A DNA stretch of 41,656 bases from Chloroflexota bacterium (GTDB lineage: Bacteria > Chloroflexota > Dehalococcoidia > Lucifugimonadales > Lucifugimonadaceae), in contig PBHC01000018.1 in the NCBI GenBank assembly GCA_002719295.1, positions 1 through 41,656 of the forward strand, read 5' to 3'. The position numbers and the translations under genes are program-made. This document shows, piece after piece, positions 28,086-38,411 of this stretch. Position 1 is the stretch's first letter. Each line of letters begins with the position of its first letter. Under the pieces are notes generated by a model. The model was not told where the DNA came from and made no database searches. It saw only the letters and a list, made by a program, of their open reading frames with translations.

Positions 28086-28412
28086 CTACTTAATTGGTGA
28101 GTAATCTGTAGGATTCAAGAGTTGATTTTCTACGTTTTTTACAATTATTCCATCTTTGTGAGAATCTTCAACTACTTTGTGCCATACAGGATCATCTCTA
28201 AAGTCTTTCCAAGATTTCACTCTTGCATCATGTGATGGATATGCCAACAAATAAGTCAATGTATTGTTGCTTGGCCCTACGTCTCCAACCCAGTATCCAA
28301 TGTTCTTTATTCCATGTTTTTCAAAAAGCTTAAGTGTGTGATTTCTAAATCTTTCATTTAAGTTTTCTAATTTACCTGCAAAACATTCGTAAATTCTTAG
28401 TTCATAAATCAT
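28086..28412 (-). CDS. NIPSNAP family protein
   Basis: MIYELRIY, LFEKHGI..IGYW, LTYLLAY, WKDFRDDPVW, LNPTDYSPIK. Confidence 0.92.
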   Translation of the reverse strand: MIYELRIYECFAGKLENLNERFRNHTLKLFEKHGIKNIGYWVGDVGPSNNTLTYLLAYPSHDARVKSWKDFRDDPVWHKVVEDSHKDGIIVKNVENQLLNPTDYSPIK

Positions 28413-28421
28413 AAATATTAC

Positions 28422-28889
28422 CTAACTACCACTATTATCTTTAACATCAAATATAACATAATTATCTCTGTTGCAATTTTCAGAATTCATTAGCATTATC
28501 ATGTATGATCCTTTTGGGAAATTGAAACTAAATAAGTTTGGATGATCATTTTGATTTTCTACATCATTTTCAGGTTTAATAGGGTAATTATGATTTATAA
28601 CTGTCCATTCTTTTATTTTTTTGCCTTGCCTATATGCATTGACACCTTCACAATAATCAAAAGTTAAAGAATCTTTTTTTATTTCTTGATTACTCAGCAT
28701 TATTATTGAGATAGGTACTGTGTTTTCTGATTCATTTCTGAATATTGAAATAAATTTACCATTTTCTCTCTCATCAAAAGGAAACTCAATTTTAGAATCA
28801 CTAATTTGTGGTTCATAAATAGCTGTTTCATCACTACAAGAAGTCATTGTAAAAATTAAAATCATAAATATTAGATATATCTTTTTCAA
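28422..28889 (-). CDS. Hypothetical lipoprotein
   Basis: MKKIYLIFMILIFTMTS-C lipobox; TTG start preceded by AGGAG. Confidence 0.75.
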   Translation of the reverse strand: MKKIYLIFMILIFTMTSCSDETAIYEPQISDSKIEFPFDERENGKFISIFRNESENTVPISIIMLSNQEIKKDSLTFDYCEGVNAYRQGKKIKEWTVINHNYPIKPENDVENQNDHPNLFSFNFPKGSYMIMLMNSENCNRDNYVIFDVKDNSGS

Positions 28890-28911
28890 TTTATTTCTCC
28901 TTTATAATTAT

Positions 28912-28988
28912 TGGTCGGGGCAGCAGGATTTGAACCTACGACCTCCCGGCCCCCAGCCGGACGCGCTACCAAGCTACGCCATGCCCCG
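28912..28988 (-). tRNA. tRNA-Pro(GGG)
   Basis: CGGGGCA/TGCCCCG acceptor stem, anticodon arm TCCGG-CTGGGGG-CCGGG, GGTTCAAATCC T-arm, encoded CCA; 77 nt. Confidence 0.97.
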
Positions 28989-29059
28989 CAAAAAAAAGTT
29001 TTTGCACTATAATGTATATAGAATACATCATTATATAAACTCTTACACTTAAAAAAAAT

Positions 29060-30164
29060 ATGCAAATAAAAGAACTTTTAGACGAGGCCTCAAGATTAAG
29101 AAATTCTATCTCTGAAATTTTGAGGAATCTTTGACACAAAAAAACTTTCTGAAGAAATTTCTAAACTAGAAAAAGATACAACTGACGATAATATTTGGGA
29201 TGATAGTCATAGGGCTCAAAGACTTTTTAAGAATCTTAAATCCAAAAAAGATCAATTTGATCTATATATTTTTTTAGACAATAAATCAAAAGAAATAATA
29301 GAATTATGTGAAATTTCTATAGATCTAAATGATGATTCTAGCCTCCAAAATATCAAGGATGAAATTTTATCACTTGATGAAAAATTTAAAAAAGCATCAT
29401 TGAATTTGAAATTAAATGGAGAATTTGATCAAAGAAATGCAATTGTTGGAATTAAGCAGGGTGCTGGAGGTGTAGATTCACAAGATTGGGCTGAAATATT
29501 ATTTAGAATGTATAAGAGATGGGCAGAACTTAAATCTTTTTCAGTTGAAATAATTGACTATTCCCCTGGAGATGAAGCAGGAATTAAGTCTGTTATTTTT
29601 AGAGTAGAAGGAGAGAATGCATATGGACTGCTTCAATCTGAAAAAGGAGCACATCGATTAGTAAGGATTTCTCCTTTTGATACTGGTAATAGAAGACATA
29701 CTTCTTTTTCCCTAGTTGAAATAATGCCTGAATTAGAAAATGAAGAAGAAGTAAAAATTGACACAAAAGACTTAAGAATAGATGTTTTTAAGGCTGGAGG
29801 TGCAGGCGGTCAAAGTGTTCAAAAAAATTCTACGGCAGTAAGAATAACTCATTTACCTACCAATATTTCTGTGTCTGTGCAAAATGAAAGATCTCAATTA
29901 ATGAATAAAGAACTTGCTATGAAAATTTTGCAAGGAAGATTAAAAGAATTAGAAATTTTAGAAAATAAAAAGAGAGATGCTGAAATAAAAGGAGAACATG
30001 TTTCGGCCGACTTTGGTTCCCAAATTAGATCTTATGTAATGCATCCTTACAAAATGGTAAAAGATCATAGAACTAATTTTGAAACTAGTGATATTGATAA
30101 AGTTTTAGATGGAAATATAGATAACTTAATTGAAGAATATCTATTAAAAAACATTTCAGTATAA
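29060..30164 (+). CDS. prfB: Peptide chain release factor 2 with programmed +1 frameshift (~367 aa)
   Basis: ATG 29060, 24 codons to CTT-TGA-C (29129-29135); the +1 frame (DTKKLSEE..IWDD) is in frame with ORF 29400-30164; SPF and GGQ motifs. Confidence 0.97.
29120..29135 (+). promoter_or_regulatory. prfB frameshift cassette
   Basis: TTGAGG-AAT-CTTTGAC: SD-like GAGG 3 nt before the slippery CTT TGA C. Confidence 0.93.
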
Positions 30165-30240
30165 TTTACAATTTTCTTCACAATTTCTTCATAAAGTTGA
30201 TATAAGATTAGAATATAGATAAAAAAACTTAGGATTAAAT

Positions 30241-31905
30241 ATGATTTCAAAGCTTAGATTATTTATTTTTTCATTACTAGCAGTAGTTATTTTTTCATGT
30301 GGAGGAGATAATTCTGCTACAGGAGGAGAAACGGTAGGAAAAAGTTCAAATGTGGCACCAGGATTGGAAAGTTCATCGGATACTGGATCATCAAATAATA
30401 GAGATAATATATTTAGATTAAATTTTTCCGACCCTCCTACTTTTGATCCTGCATTAGTTACTGATACTACTTCTGCTTCAATTATTGTAGAGATATTTTC
30501 TGGTTTAGTAACACTAAATAAAGATCTAGATATTATTCCTGATTTAGCAAAGTCATGGGAAGTTTCTGATGATGGAAAAACATATACATTCAATCTGAGA
30601 AATGGGATTAAGTTTTCTAACGGTGATCCTGTTACCGCTGAAGACTTTAAATGGTCTATAGAAAGAGCTTCTAACCCTGATACAGGGTCTATGAATGCAG
30701 AAGTATACCTTGGAGATATCTTAGGAGTAAAAGAAGTAGTCGAAAGCGGAGGTGAATTAAAGGAAATTAAAGGTTTGAATGTTATTGATGATAAAACTTT
30801 AGAGATAACAATTGATGAGCCAAAAACCTATTTTCTAGCAAAATTAACATACCCAACTGCATTCGTTTTAAACAAAAATTATGTAGAAAAACAAGGTGAA
30901 GACTGGATAGATAATCCGGTCGGTACAGGACCATTCGTTCTTACTGAATATCAAATAGGTCAAACCTTGAAGTTAAAGAAAAATGAAAATTACTGGGGTG
31001 AAAAGGCTAAAGTTGATGGAATAATAATGAACCTTGCCGGTGGAGTATCTATGGCAATGTACGAAAATGATGAAATAGATATAACTGGAGTTGGTTTAGC
31101 TGACTTAGAAAGAGTAAAAGATCCGAATGATCCATTGAATAAAGATTTAGTAAATGTTCCTCCGCAATTTTCATTGAACTACATAGGTTTCAATGTAAAT
31201 ATGCCACCTTTTGAAGATGAAAATTTTAGAAAAGCTTTGTCATACGCAGTAGATAAAGAAATTATTGCTGACAAAATATATTCAGGCTTAACTAAACCGT
31301 CATATTCTATAATTCCACCTGGATTCCCTGGTTATAGTCCATCTATCAAAGGAATTGAATTTAATGAAGAATTAGCAAAAGAATATTTAGCTAAATCTAA
31401 ATACTCTGATCCTGCTACTAGACCTAGAATTATAGTAACTATTCCTGGTACAGGAGGTTCTCCTGGTTTGGATACGGAAGTTATTTCAGACATGTGGAAA
31501 GAAACCTTAGGTATAGAGGTAGAAATTCAACAGGTTGAATGGGCAACATACCTTCAGGATATGAATAGAAAACGATTACAGTTATGGGCTGGTTCTGGAT
31601 GGCAGGCAGACTATGCTGATCCTCAAGATTTTATAGATGTCCTTTTTTATAGTAAATCAGATGTAAATCATGGAAATTATTCAAATCCAGAAGTTGATAA
31701 ATTAATACTTGAAGCAAGAACAGAAATAGACAATAATAGAAGATTTCTTCTATACAATCAAGCAGAACAAATAATCGTAGATGAGGCAGCTATTTTTCCA
31801 TTATGGTTTGATACTGATGGTTATGCACTAGTAAAACCATGGGTAAAAGGATACGAATTTACGCCAATAATAGTGCCAAAATTCAAAGATGTAGAAATAA
31901 AATAA
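30241..31905 (+). CDS. oppA: Peptide ABC transporter substrate-binding lipoprotein (family 5, OppA-like)
   Basis: Lipobox FS-C; PDLAKSWEVSDDGKTYTFNLRNGIKFSNGDPVTAEDF; GTGPF; WQADYADP. Confidence 0.92.
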   Translation: MISKLRLFIFSLLAVVIFSCGGDNSATGGETVGKSSNVAPGLESSSDTGSSNNRDNIFRLNFSDPPTFDPALVTDTTSASIIVEIFSGLVTLNKDLDIIPDLAKSWEVSDDGKTYTFNLRNGIKFSNGDPVTAEDFKWSIERASNPDTGSMNAEVYLGDILGVKEVVESGGELKEIKGLNVIDDKTLEITIDEPKTYFLAKLTYPTAFVLNKNYVEKQGEDWIDNPVGTGPFVLTEYQIGQTLKLKKNENYWGEKAKVDGIIMNLAGGVSMAMYENDEIDITGVGLADLERVKDPNDPLNKDLVNVPPQFSLNYIGFNVNMPPFEDENFRKALSYAVDKEIIADKIYSGLTKPSYSIIPPGFPGYSPSIKGIEFNEELAKEYLAKSKYSDPATRPRIIVTIPGTGGSPGLDTEVISDMWKETLGIEVEIQQVEWATYLQDMNRKRLQLWAGSGWQADYADPQDFIDVLFYSKSDVNHGNYSNPEVDKLILEARTEIDNNRRFLLYNQAEQIIVDEAAIFPLWFDTDGYALVKPWVKGYEFTPIIVPKFKDVEIK

Positions 31906-31956
31906 GAATTATTATTCTCTATATTAAATTACTTTTTGATCTATTATTAATAGCAA

Positions 31957-32886
31957 ATGTTAAAATATATTTTTCGAAGAATAATATGGATGCCAGTATT
32001 ACTTCTATTCGTTTCATTAATAGTCTTTATATTGGGAATATATGGTCCAGGTGATCCTATTGAGGTGCAATTAGGCAATAATTATGATGAAGTTAATGCT
32101 GAACGAATAAGAGAAAAAATGGGATTAAATGATCCTGTTCTAGTTCAATGGATTAGATATATTGGAAATGCAGTACAAGGAGATTTTGGGGAATCATATG
32201 TCTTCAAAAATCGAGATGTCTCAGAATTATTAATACCTAAATTAATTGTTTCTGCTAAATTAAACCTAATATCTTTTTTTATTGCTATTTCAATAGGTAT
32301 CCCGTTAGGTTTTTATGCAGCTATAAATTATGGTTCATCAAAAGACCCTTTTGTAGTGATACTTTCATTATTTTTTTATGCAATGCCAGTTTTTTTCACG
32401 GCACCACTATTGATACTTGTTTTTGCATTGCAGCTTGACCTAGTTCCTGCAGCTGGATGGGGCGGTGTCTTTGATAAAAGAATCATTCTCCCTGCACTTA
32501 CTGTTGGAATTCCAGGAGCAGCTGTTTTTGTAAGACTAATAAGATCTTCCATGATTGAAGTACTAGATTCTGATTATGTAAAACTTGCAAGAGCTAAAGG
32601 AGTTGGTGAAATTAAAGTTCTTTGGAAACATGCATTTAGAAACGCAATGTTACCAGTTGTTACAATAATGGGATTCTCTTTAGCTGGATTATTTGGAGGA
32701 TCTTTGATTGTTGAAATTTTATATGGAATTCCTGGAGTAGGAAGAATTTCTTTAGATTCAGTCTATTCTAGAGATTATCCAGTAATAATGGCAATAGTTC
32801 TATTAGGATCTAGTGCTTTAGTTATAGCGAACTTAATTATAGATTTTGTTTATACTTTGGTGGACCCAAGGATTGAAATGCAATGA
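31957..32886 (+). CDS. oppB: Peptide ABC transporter permease (OppB-like)
   Basis: PGDP, GDFGES, DYVKLARAKG, HAFRNA, RDYP, LVDPRI. Confidence 0.93.
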   Translation: MLKYIFRRIIWMPVLLLFVSLIVFILGIYGPGDPIEVQLGNNYDEVNAERIREKMGLNDPVLVQWIRYIGNAVQGDFGESYVFKNRDVSELLIPKLIVSAKLNLISFFIAISIGIPLGFYAAINYGSSKDPFVVILSLFFYAMPVFFTAPLLILVFALQLDLVPAAGWGGVFDKRIILPALTVGIPGAAVFVRLIRSSMIEVLDSDYVKLARAKGVGEIKVLWKHAFRNAMLPVVTIMGFSLAGLFGGSLIVEILYGIPGVGRISLDSVYSRDYPVIMAIVLLGSSALVIANLIIDFVYTLVDPRIEMQ

Positions 32887-33839
32887 TTGATAAAGAAGTT
32901 AGAAATATATCATCAACAAGGTTATTCATTCAAAATTTTTCGAGAAAAAAATTAGGAGTAGCTTGTCTAATTATAGTAAGCACAATTTATTTGATAGGTA
33001 TTTTTGCTCCAATCCTTGCTCCTTATGATTACTCTGAAACAAACCTATTGAAAACTCAAGCGGGTCCAGATTTTGAGAATTTGCTAGGAACAGATAGGCT
33101 TGGAAGAGATATTTTATCAAGGGTAATTTGGGGAATTCAAACTACAGTAATAGTGACTATTACAGGACTTTTAACAGGATCTTTGATTTTAGGACTTTTT
33201 CTAGGATTGTTAGCAGGGTTTTATAAAGGTATTTTTGATTTTATTGTAATGAGAGTTGGAGAACTCGTTTCATCTTTCCCTGATATTCTTCTAATTATTT
33301 TACTTGCAGCAACTCTTAGGCCAAGGATTACTAATTTGTTCTATCAGATAGAAGATAATTTAAATATTTCTGGATTAATTAGCTCGGGGATTATTGATTA
33401 TTTAGTAATAGGGATAGCACTATTACCTTTGAGTTGGTTTGGCACTATGAGATTAATACGAGCTCAAGTATTCAGTATAAGAGAAATAGAGTACGTACAA
33501 TCAGCCAGGACATCAGGTGCAAGTACATTTAGGATAATAACGAAACATATTCTACCAAACGTAATATCTCCATTGATAGTAACCTCTACATTCGGACTTG
33601 GTGCTGTCGCTTTATCAGAAGTTATATTATCCTTTTTTGGATTAGGAGTACAACCTCCAAGGCCAAGTTTAGGAGCAATGCTTTCAGATGTTTCAGGAAG
33701 AGGAGGAGCAAGTGTTTCTGTACTAACTAATCATCCTGAACAATTACTTTCTCCTATTATAGTAATTTGGATTATGATTTTTTGTTGGAATATCATTGGA
33801 GATGCTTTAACTGATATATTAAATCCTAAGAAGAATTAA
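32883..33839 (+). CDS. oppC: Peptide ABC transporter permease (OppC-like)
   Basis: LGTDRLGRDILSR, EYVQSAR..GA, HILPN, LSFFGLG, GDAL..ILNP. Confidence 0.93.
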   Translation: MIDKEVRNISSTRLFIQNFSRKKLGVACLIIVSTIYLIGIFAPILAPYDYSETNLLKTQAGPDFENLLGTDRLGRDILSRVIWGIQTTVIVTITGLLTGSLILGLFLGLLAGFYKGIFDFIVMRVGELVSSFPDILLIILLAATLRPRITNLFYQIEDNLNISGLISSGIIDYLVIGIALLPLSWFGTMRLIRAQVFSIREIEYVQSARTSGASTFRIITKHILPNVISPLIVTSTFGLGAVALSEVILSFFGLGVQPPRPSLGAMLSDVSGRGGASVSVLTNHPEQLLSPIIVIWIMIFCWNIIGDALTDILNPKKN

Positions 33840-33906
33840 ATAATGCGTTTACGGATATAGGAATACGTGTATCCTTTACCGTGTAAGCGTTTATAGGAGT
33901 AAAAAA

Positions 33907-35520
33907 ATGAGTTTTTTTTCGTCAAGAAGATCAACAGTCCATGGTTTAAATGGAGGAGTAGCTACTAGTCAACCAATTGCATCACAAGTAGGAATAGATA
34001 TTCTGAAAGCAGGAGGGAATGCTGTTGATGCTGCAGTTGCAATGGCATCTACACTAGGAGTTGTGGAACCAATGTCAACTGGAATAGGTGGAGATATTTT
34101 TGCTTTGATTTGGGACCCTAATACAGAAAAAGTAGATTCGTTTAATGGCTCTGGAACATCTTCAAGAAATTCAGATCCTAAAGAACTATTAGATAAGGGA
34201 TATAGTTCAATTCCAACAGAAGGTAAAGATGCAGCTTACTCAGTCTCAGTTCCTGGTTCTGTAGATGGCTGGCAAAAAATTCTAGATAAATATGGATCTA
34301 TTTCTTTATCAGATGCTTTAGCGCCTGGGATTAAGTTGGCAGAGGAAGGATTTCCAGTAAGCAAAATGATTTCGTGGCAATGGAAAGAAAGCGAAGAAAA
34401 GCTTTTATATAGAGAGTCAGGAAAAGAGCTTCTCAAAAATGGAAAAGCTCCAAATGAAGGAGATGTTATAAAGCTTACAACTCTTGCAGAATCAATGAAT
34501 GAAATTTCTAGTAAAGGGCCTAGTGCTATATATGATGGAAATTTAGGTAATAAAATTGCAAGCTACATTAATCAAGAAGGAGGATGGCTTGATAGAGATG
34601 ATTTGAAAAACTATACTTCGTACTGGACAGATCCAATAAAAACTAATTACAGGGGTTATGATGTTTTTGAATGTCCTCCAAACGGAGATGGGCTTGCAGC
34701 ATTAATTTCACTAAATATTATTGAAAATATAGATTTTACAAAAATAAAACATGGAAGTTCTGAATTTTATCACTATTTAATTGAGTCAATGAAACTTGGA
34801 TTTGCTGATGCATTATGGCATGTGACAGATCCTAAGAAAAATGATATTCCAATTGAGAAATTATTATCAAAAGAATATTCTAAAGAAAGATTCAATCTTA
34901 TAAATTCTAAAAAAGTAATGAATCAGGTTTCTCATAATACATTTGATACAAATGGCGACACGGTTTATCTTACAGCTATTGATGGTAATGGTATGGGGTG
35001 TTCATTAATTAATTCAACATTTCAATCTTTTGGTTCTGGTCTAGTTGTCCCAGAAACAGGCATAGCATTACAAAATAGAGCTGCATTATTTAGTCTAGAT
35101 AGTGATCACCCTAACTATTTAGAACCTAATATGAGGCCATTTCATACAATAATTCCTTGTATGGTTACAAAAGAAAATAAATTATTTTTGTCTTTTGGAG
35201 TAATGGGTGGGTTTCAGCAACCTCAAGGTCATCTTCAAGTGATTTCAAACATTATTGATTATAATCTTTCTCCTCAAGATGCTTTAGACTCTTTGAGGTT
35301 TTCCCTAGATGTAGATGATATGAGAACTATTTCTTTAGAAGAAGATTTGGATAATAAGACAATAAGTGAATTAGAATCTAGAGGACATAATTTAAGTATC
35401 GTAAGCGGTAATGAAAGAATTATGTTTGGTGGTGCTCAAGTTGCTCAATATAATCATGAGTCTGGAGTGATTTCTTTGGGTACCGAGCCTAGAAAAGATG
35501 GATCAGCATTAAGTTATTAA
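33907..35520 (+). CDS. ggt: Gamma-glutamyltransferase family Ntn hydrolase
   Basis: GGNAVDAAVA, GIGGD, VPG, GD-TVY (nucleophile Thr), RPFHTIIP, GVMGG; AGGAG RBS. Confidence 0.93.
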   Translation: MSFFSSRRSTVHGLNGGVATSQPIASQVGIDILKAGGNAVDAAVAMASTLGVVEPMSTGIGGDIFALIWDPNTEKVDSFNGSGTSSRNSDPKELLDKGYSSIPTEGKDAAYSVSVPGSVDGWQKILDKYGSISLSDALAPGIKLAEEGFPVSKMISWQWKESEEKLLYRESGKELLKNGKAPNEGDVIKLTTLAESMNEISSKGPSAIYDGNLGNKIASYINQEGGWLDRDDLKNYTSYWTDPIKTNYRGYDVFECPPNGDGLAALISLNIIENIDFTKIKHGSSEFYHYLIESMKLGFADALWHVTDPKKNDIPIEKLLSKEYSKERFNLINSKKVMNQVSHNTFDTNGDTVYLTAIDGNGMGCSLINSTFQSFGSGLVVPETGIALQNRAALFSLDSDHPNYLEPNMRPFHTIIPCMVTKENKLFLSFGVMGGFQQPQGHLQVISNIIDYNLSPQDALDSLRFSLDVDDMRTISLEEDLDNKTISELESRGHNLSIVSGNERIMFGGAQVAQYNHESGVISLGTEPRKDGSALSY

Positions 35521-35609
35521 TTATTTTTTGTACTTGCAATTAATGAAATTTAAATAATTAATACCTTATAATGTAAACTCAAAGTTATTTATTATTGGAG
35601 TTTTTTAGT

Positions 35610-36701
35610 ATGGGTCAAATCAATGTAGCAATTATAGGTGTTGGAAATTGTGCCTCTTCTTTAGTACAAGGGATTCATAAATATTCTGAGATTCAGGATA
35701 ATGAAATTCAAGTCCCTGGATTAATGCATAATGTACTGGGAGGATATGCAATTGGTGACGTTAATATCGTTGCAGCTTTTGATGTAGATAAAGATAAAGT
35801 CGGAAAAGATTTAAATGAAGCTATCTATACAAAAAACAATAATGCACTTAACTTTTATGATGTTCCAAAAACTGGAGTTAAGGTTGATAGAGGAATGACT
35901 CATGATGGAGTAGGTGAGTATTTAGCTGATGTAATTGAGATAGAAAAAGATCAAAATAAATCAGGAGCACAAACTTCAGATATTGTACAAATATTAAGAG
36001 ATAAGAAAGTGGATGTTGTAATAAACTATCTTCCTGTAGGATCTGAGCAAGCTACAAAATGGTATGTTGAACAAGTTCTTGCAGCAGGATGCGCATTTGT
36101 GAATTGTATTCCTGTTTTCATTGCTAAAGAAGACTATTGGCAAAAAAGATTTATTGATAAAGGTTTACCAATAGTAGGAGATGATATTAAGAGTCAGGTT
36201 GGAGCAACAATAATTCATCGAGTTTTGGCAAGATTGTTTGAGGATAGAGGAGTTAGACTTGATAGAACATATCAACTAAATTTTGGTGGAAATACAGATT
36301 TCTTAAATATGCTTGAAAGATCTAGGCTTAAAAGTAAAAAGATTTCAAAAACTAATGCAGTTCAATCTCAATTAGAAAAAGAATTACCAACTGATGATGT
36401 ACATATTGGTCCATCTGATCATGTTCCTTGGCTAGAAGATAGGAAATGGGCTTATATAAGATTAGAAGGAACTTCGTGGGGAGATGTCCCTCTAAATGTT
36501 GAACTTAAATTAGAAGTCGAAGATAGTCCTAACTCTGCTGGTGTAGCTATAGATGCAATAAGATGTGCAAAAATAGCACTAGATAAAGGCGTATCAGGAG
36601 CAGTTGATGCTCCAAGTGCATACTTTATGAAATCACCTCCTAATCAAATGAGAGATGATGATGCAAGAAGAGCTGTAGAAGATTTTTCTGACGTAGAATA
36701 A
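35610..36701 (+). CDS. ino1: myo-inositol-1-phosphate synthase
   Basis: [60 protein letters not shown] before ATG 35610. Confidence 0.96.
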   Translation: MGQINVAIIGVGNCASSLVQGIHKYSEIQDNEIQVPGLMHNVLGGYAIGDVNIVAAFDVDKDKVGKDLNEAIYTKNNNALNFYDVPKTGVKVDRGMTHDGVGEYLADVIEIEKDQNKSGAQTSDIVQILRDKKVDVVINYLPVGSEQATKWYVEQVLAAGCAFVNCIPVFIAKEDYWQKRFIDKGLPIVGDDIKSQVGATIIHRVLARLFEDRGVRLDRTYQLNFGGNTDFLNMLERSRLKSKKISKTNAVQSQLEKELPTDDVHIGPSDHVPWLEDRKWAYIRLEGTSWGDVPLNVELKLEVEDSPNSAGVAIDAIRCAKIALDKGVSGAVDAPSAYFMKSPPNQMRDDDARRAVEDFSDVE

Positions 36702-36711
36702 TCTTAGTTAT

Positions 36712-37818
36712 TTGAAAGTAGCAATTTTTTGTCCATATGATTTTTCCTTCCCAGGAGGAGTTCAAACTCAATCGATTGATTTAGCCGAATCTCTTAGTTT
36801 AAAAGGACATGATGTTACTGTAATTGCCCCTTTATCATCAAAAAATATTCATAATAATAATCAGATCAAATTTCTAGATTTAGGAATTCCATTACAAATT
36901 AATTTTTTAGGTTCTAAATCACGGATTTCAATTAATTTTTTCAAAATTTTAAAAATAATAAATTATATAAAAAAAAATAATTTTGAAATTATTCATCTAA
37001 ATGAGCCTTTGTCTCCAACATTTTTACCTATTATTTTTTTTCTAAGAAAATTTAGTATTATAGGAACTTTTCATGCATATGGTGATAAAAAACATTTTTG
37101 GTATAGTAATTTCAAATGGTTTCTTAAGTTTTTTCTAAATAAAATAAATATCAAAATTTGTGTATCTAAATCTTCACAAAAATATATAAATAATTATTTT
37201 GATTTCAGTTCTCAAATTATTCCAAATGGAATTTTACTATCTAAATATAATAAAACGAAGATTATCCCCAAAGAATTAAGAAATTCTGATAAAAAAATAT
37301 TATTTGTAGGTAGATTTGAAGAAAAAAGAAAAGGCTTCAATATTTTATTAGAAGCATTTGATAAATTATCTGGAGAAATAAAAAATTTACAATTAGTAGT
37401 TATAGGCTCTGGAGATCCCAAAAAAATAAAAAAAGATATTCTCTCTAAAAATATTCATTTTATAGGCCACGTTGAACAAAATGATCTAAATGCCTTCTAT
37501 AATAATGTAGATATTATTTGTTTACCCTCTTTAGAAAACGAATCATTTGGTGTTATTATTTTGGAAGCTATGGCATCTGGTAAAATTCTTGCTTTGTCAA
37601 ACATAATAAGTTATGAAGCGTTATCGAAAAAAAATAATTACGGGTTTTTATATAATTCAAATTCATCAGAAGAATTGTATAAACTCTTATTGGATTTGTT
37701 AAATAATAATATTCCAACCGAAATAAATATCAAAAACGGTTTAAAAAATGTACAAAATTACTCATGGGATTATCTAGTTTCTGAAATAATTAAAATATAT
37801 AGACAATTGAAGAATTAA
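36712..37818 (+). CDS. GT4 glycosyltransferase, PimA-like (phosphatidylinositol mannosyltransferase-like)
   Basis: CPYDFSFPGGVQ, GTFH, FVGRFEEKRKG, ESFGVIILEAMASG, YSWD; lies between ino1 and a CDP-alcohol phosphotransferase. Confidence 0.8.
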   Translation: MKVAIFCPYDFSFPGGVQTQSIDLAESLSLKGHDVTVIAPLSSKNIHNNNQIKFLDLGIPLQINFLGSKSRISINFFKILKIINYIKKNNFEIIHLNEPLSPTFLPIIFFLRKFSIIGTFHAYGDKKHFWYSNFKWFLKFFLNKINIKICVSKSSQKYINNYFDFSSQIIPNGILLSKYNKTKIIPKELRNSDKKILFVGRFEEKRKGFNILLEAFDKLSGEIKNLQLVVIGSGDPKKIKKDILSKNIHFIGHVEQNDLNAFYNNVDIICLPSLENESFGVIILEAMASGKILALSNIISYEALSKKNNYGFLYNSNSSEELYKLLLDLLNNNIPTEINIKNGLKNVQNYSWDYLVSEIIKIYRQLKN

Positions 37819-37820
37819 AT

Positions 37821-38411
37821 TTGGAACAATTAAGACAGAAAATAAGATTTTATACAAAAAAAATTTATGAAGAGCCAATATCAAAATTATTGATTTCTCT
37901 AAAATTTACTCCTAATATGATCACTATTTTGGGTCTTCTAATAACATCAATTGGATCATTTTTTGTCTTTCAAGGGAACTTTTTTCTAGGAGGAATTATA
38001 GTTGCTGTGGGTACTATTTTAGATTCTATTGATGGATCCATGGCAAGATTATCAAATCAGGAAAGTAAATTTGGAGATTTATTAGATTCTGTAATTGATA
38101 GATTTAGTGAAGGAATAATTTTTATAGGAATAGCAAGTTACTATATTTTTAATGAACTTAATGAAATTGCGATTTTATTAACATTAATCACGTTACTTTG
38201 TTCACAGCTTATCAGTTATGTAAGAGCTAAATCTGAAAGTCTTGGAATAGAAAATAAATCTGGATTTTTTACACGTGTTGAAAGATCTTTAGTGATAATT
38301 ATTTGTTTAATTATTTCTCAGCCCCTTGCAGGGCTTTACATACTTGCTATAGGAACATCAATTAGTTCAATATGGAGATTTTTTTCAGGATTAAGTAATG
38401 CTAAAGACTAA
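37821..38411 (+). CDS. CDP-alcohol phosphatidyltransferase, probable phosphatidylinositol phosphate synthase
   Basis: TPNMIT, DSIDGSMAR..G.LLDSVIDRFSE, SYVRAKSE, TRVER. Confidence 0.88.
   Translation: MEQLRQKIRFYTKKIYEEPISKLLISLKFTPNMITILGLLITSIGSFFVFQGNFFLGGIIVAVGTILDSIDGSMARLSNQESKFGDLLDSVIDRFSEGIIFIGIASYYIFNELNEIAILLTLITLLCSQLISYVRAKSESLGIENKSGFFTRVERSLVIIICLIISQPLAGLYILAIGTSISSIWRFFSGLSNAKD

Noticed and set aside
28422..28988. Island integrated at tRNA-Pro
   Set aside because: No integrase and no duplicated tRNA 3' end seen.
29002..29029. dif-like site (..ATAA TGTATA..)
   Set aside because: The right arm does not match the conserved XerD arm TTATGTTAAAT; more likely part of the divergent tRNA/prfB promoter region.
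29060..29134. prfB as a pseudogene or sequencing error
   Set aside because: Canonical programmed frameshift site.
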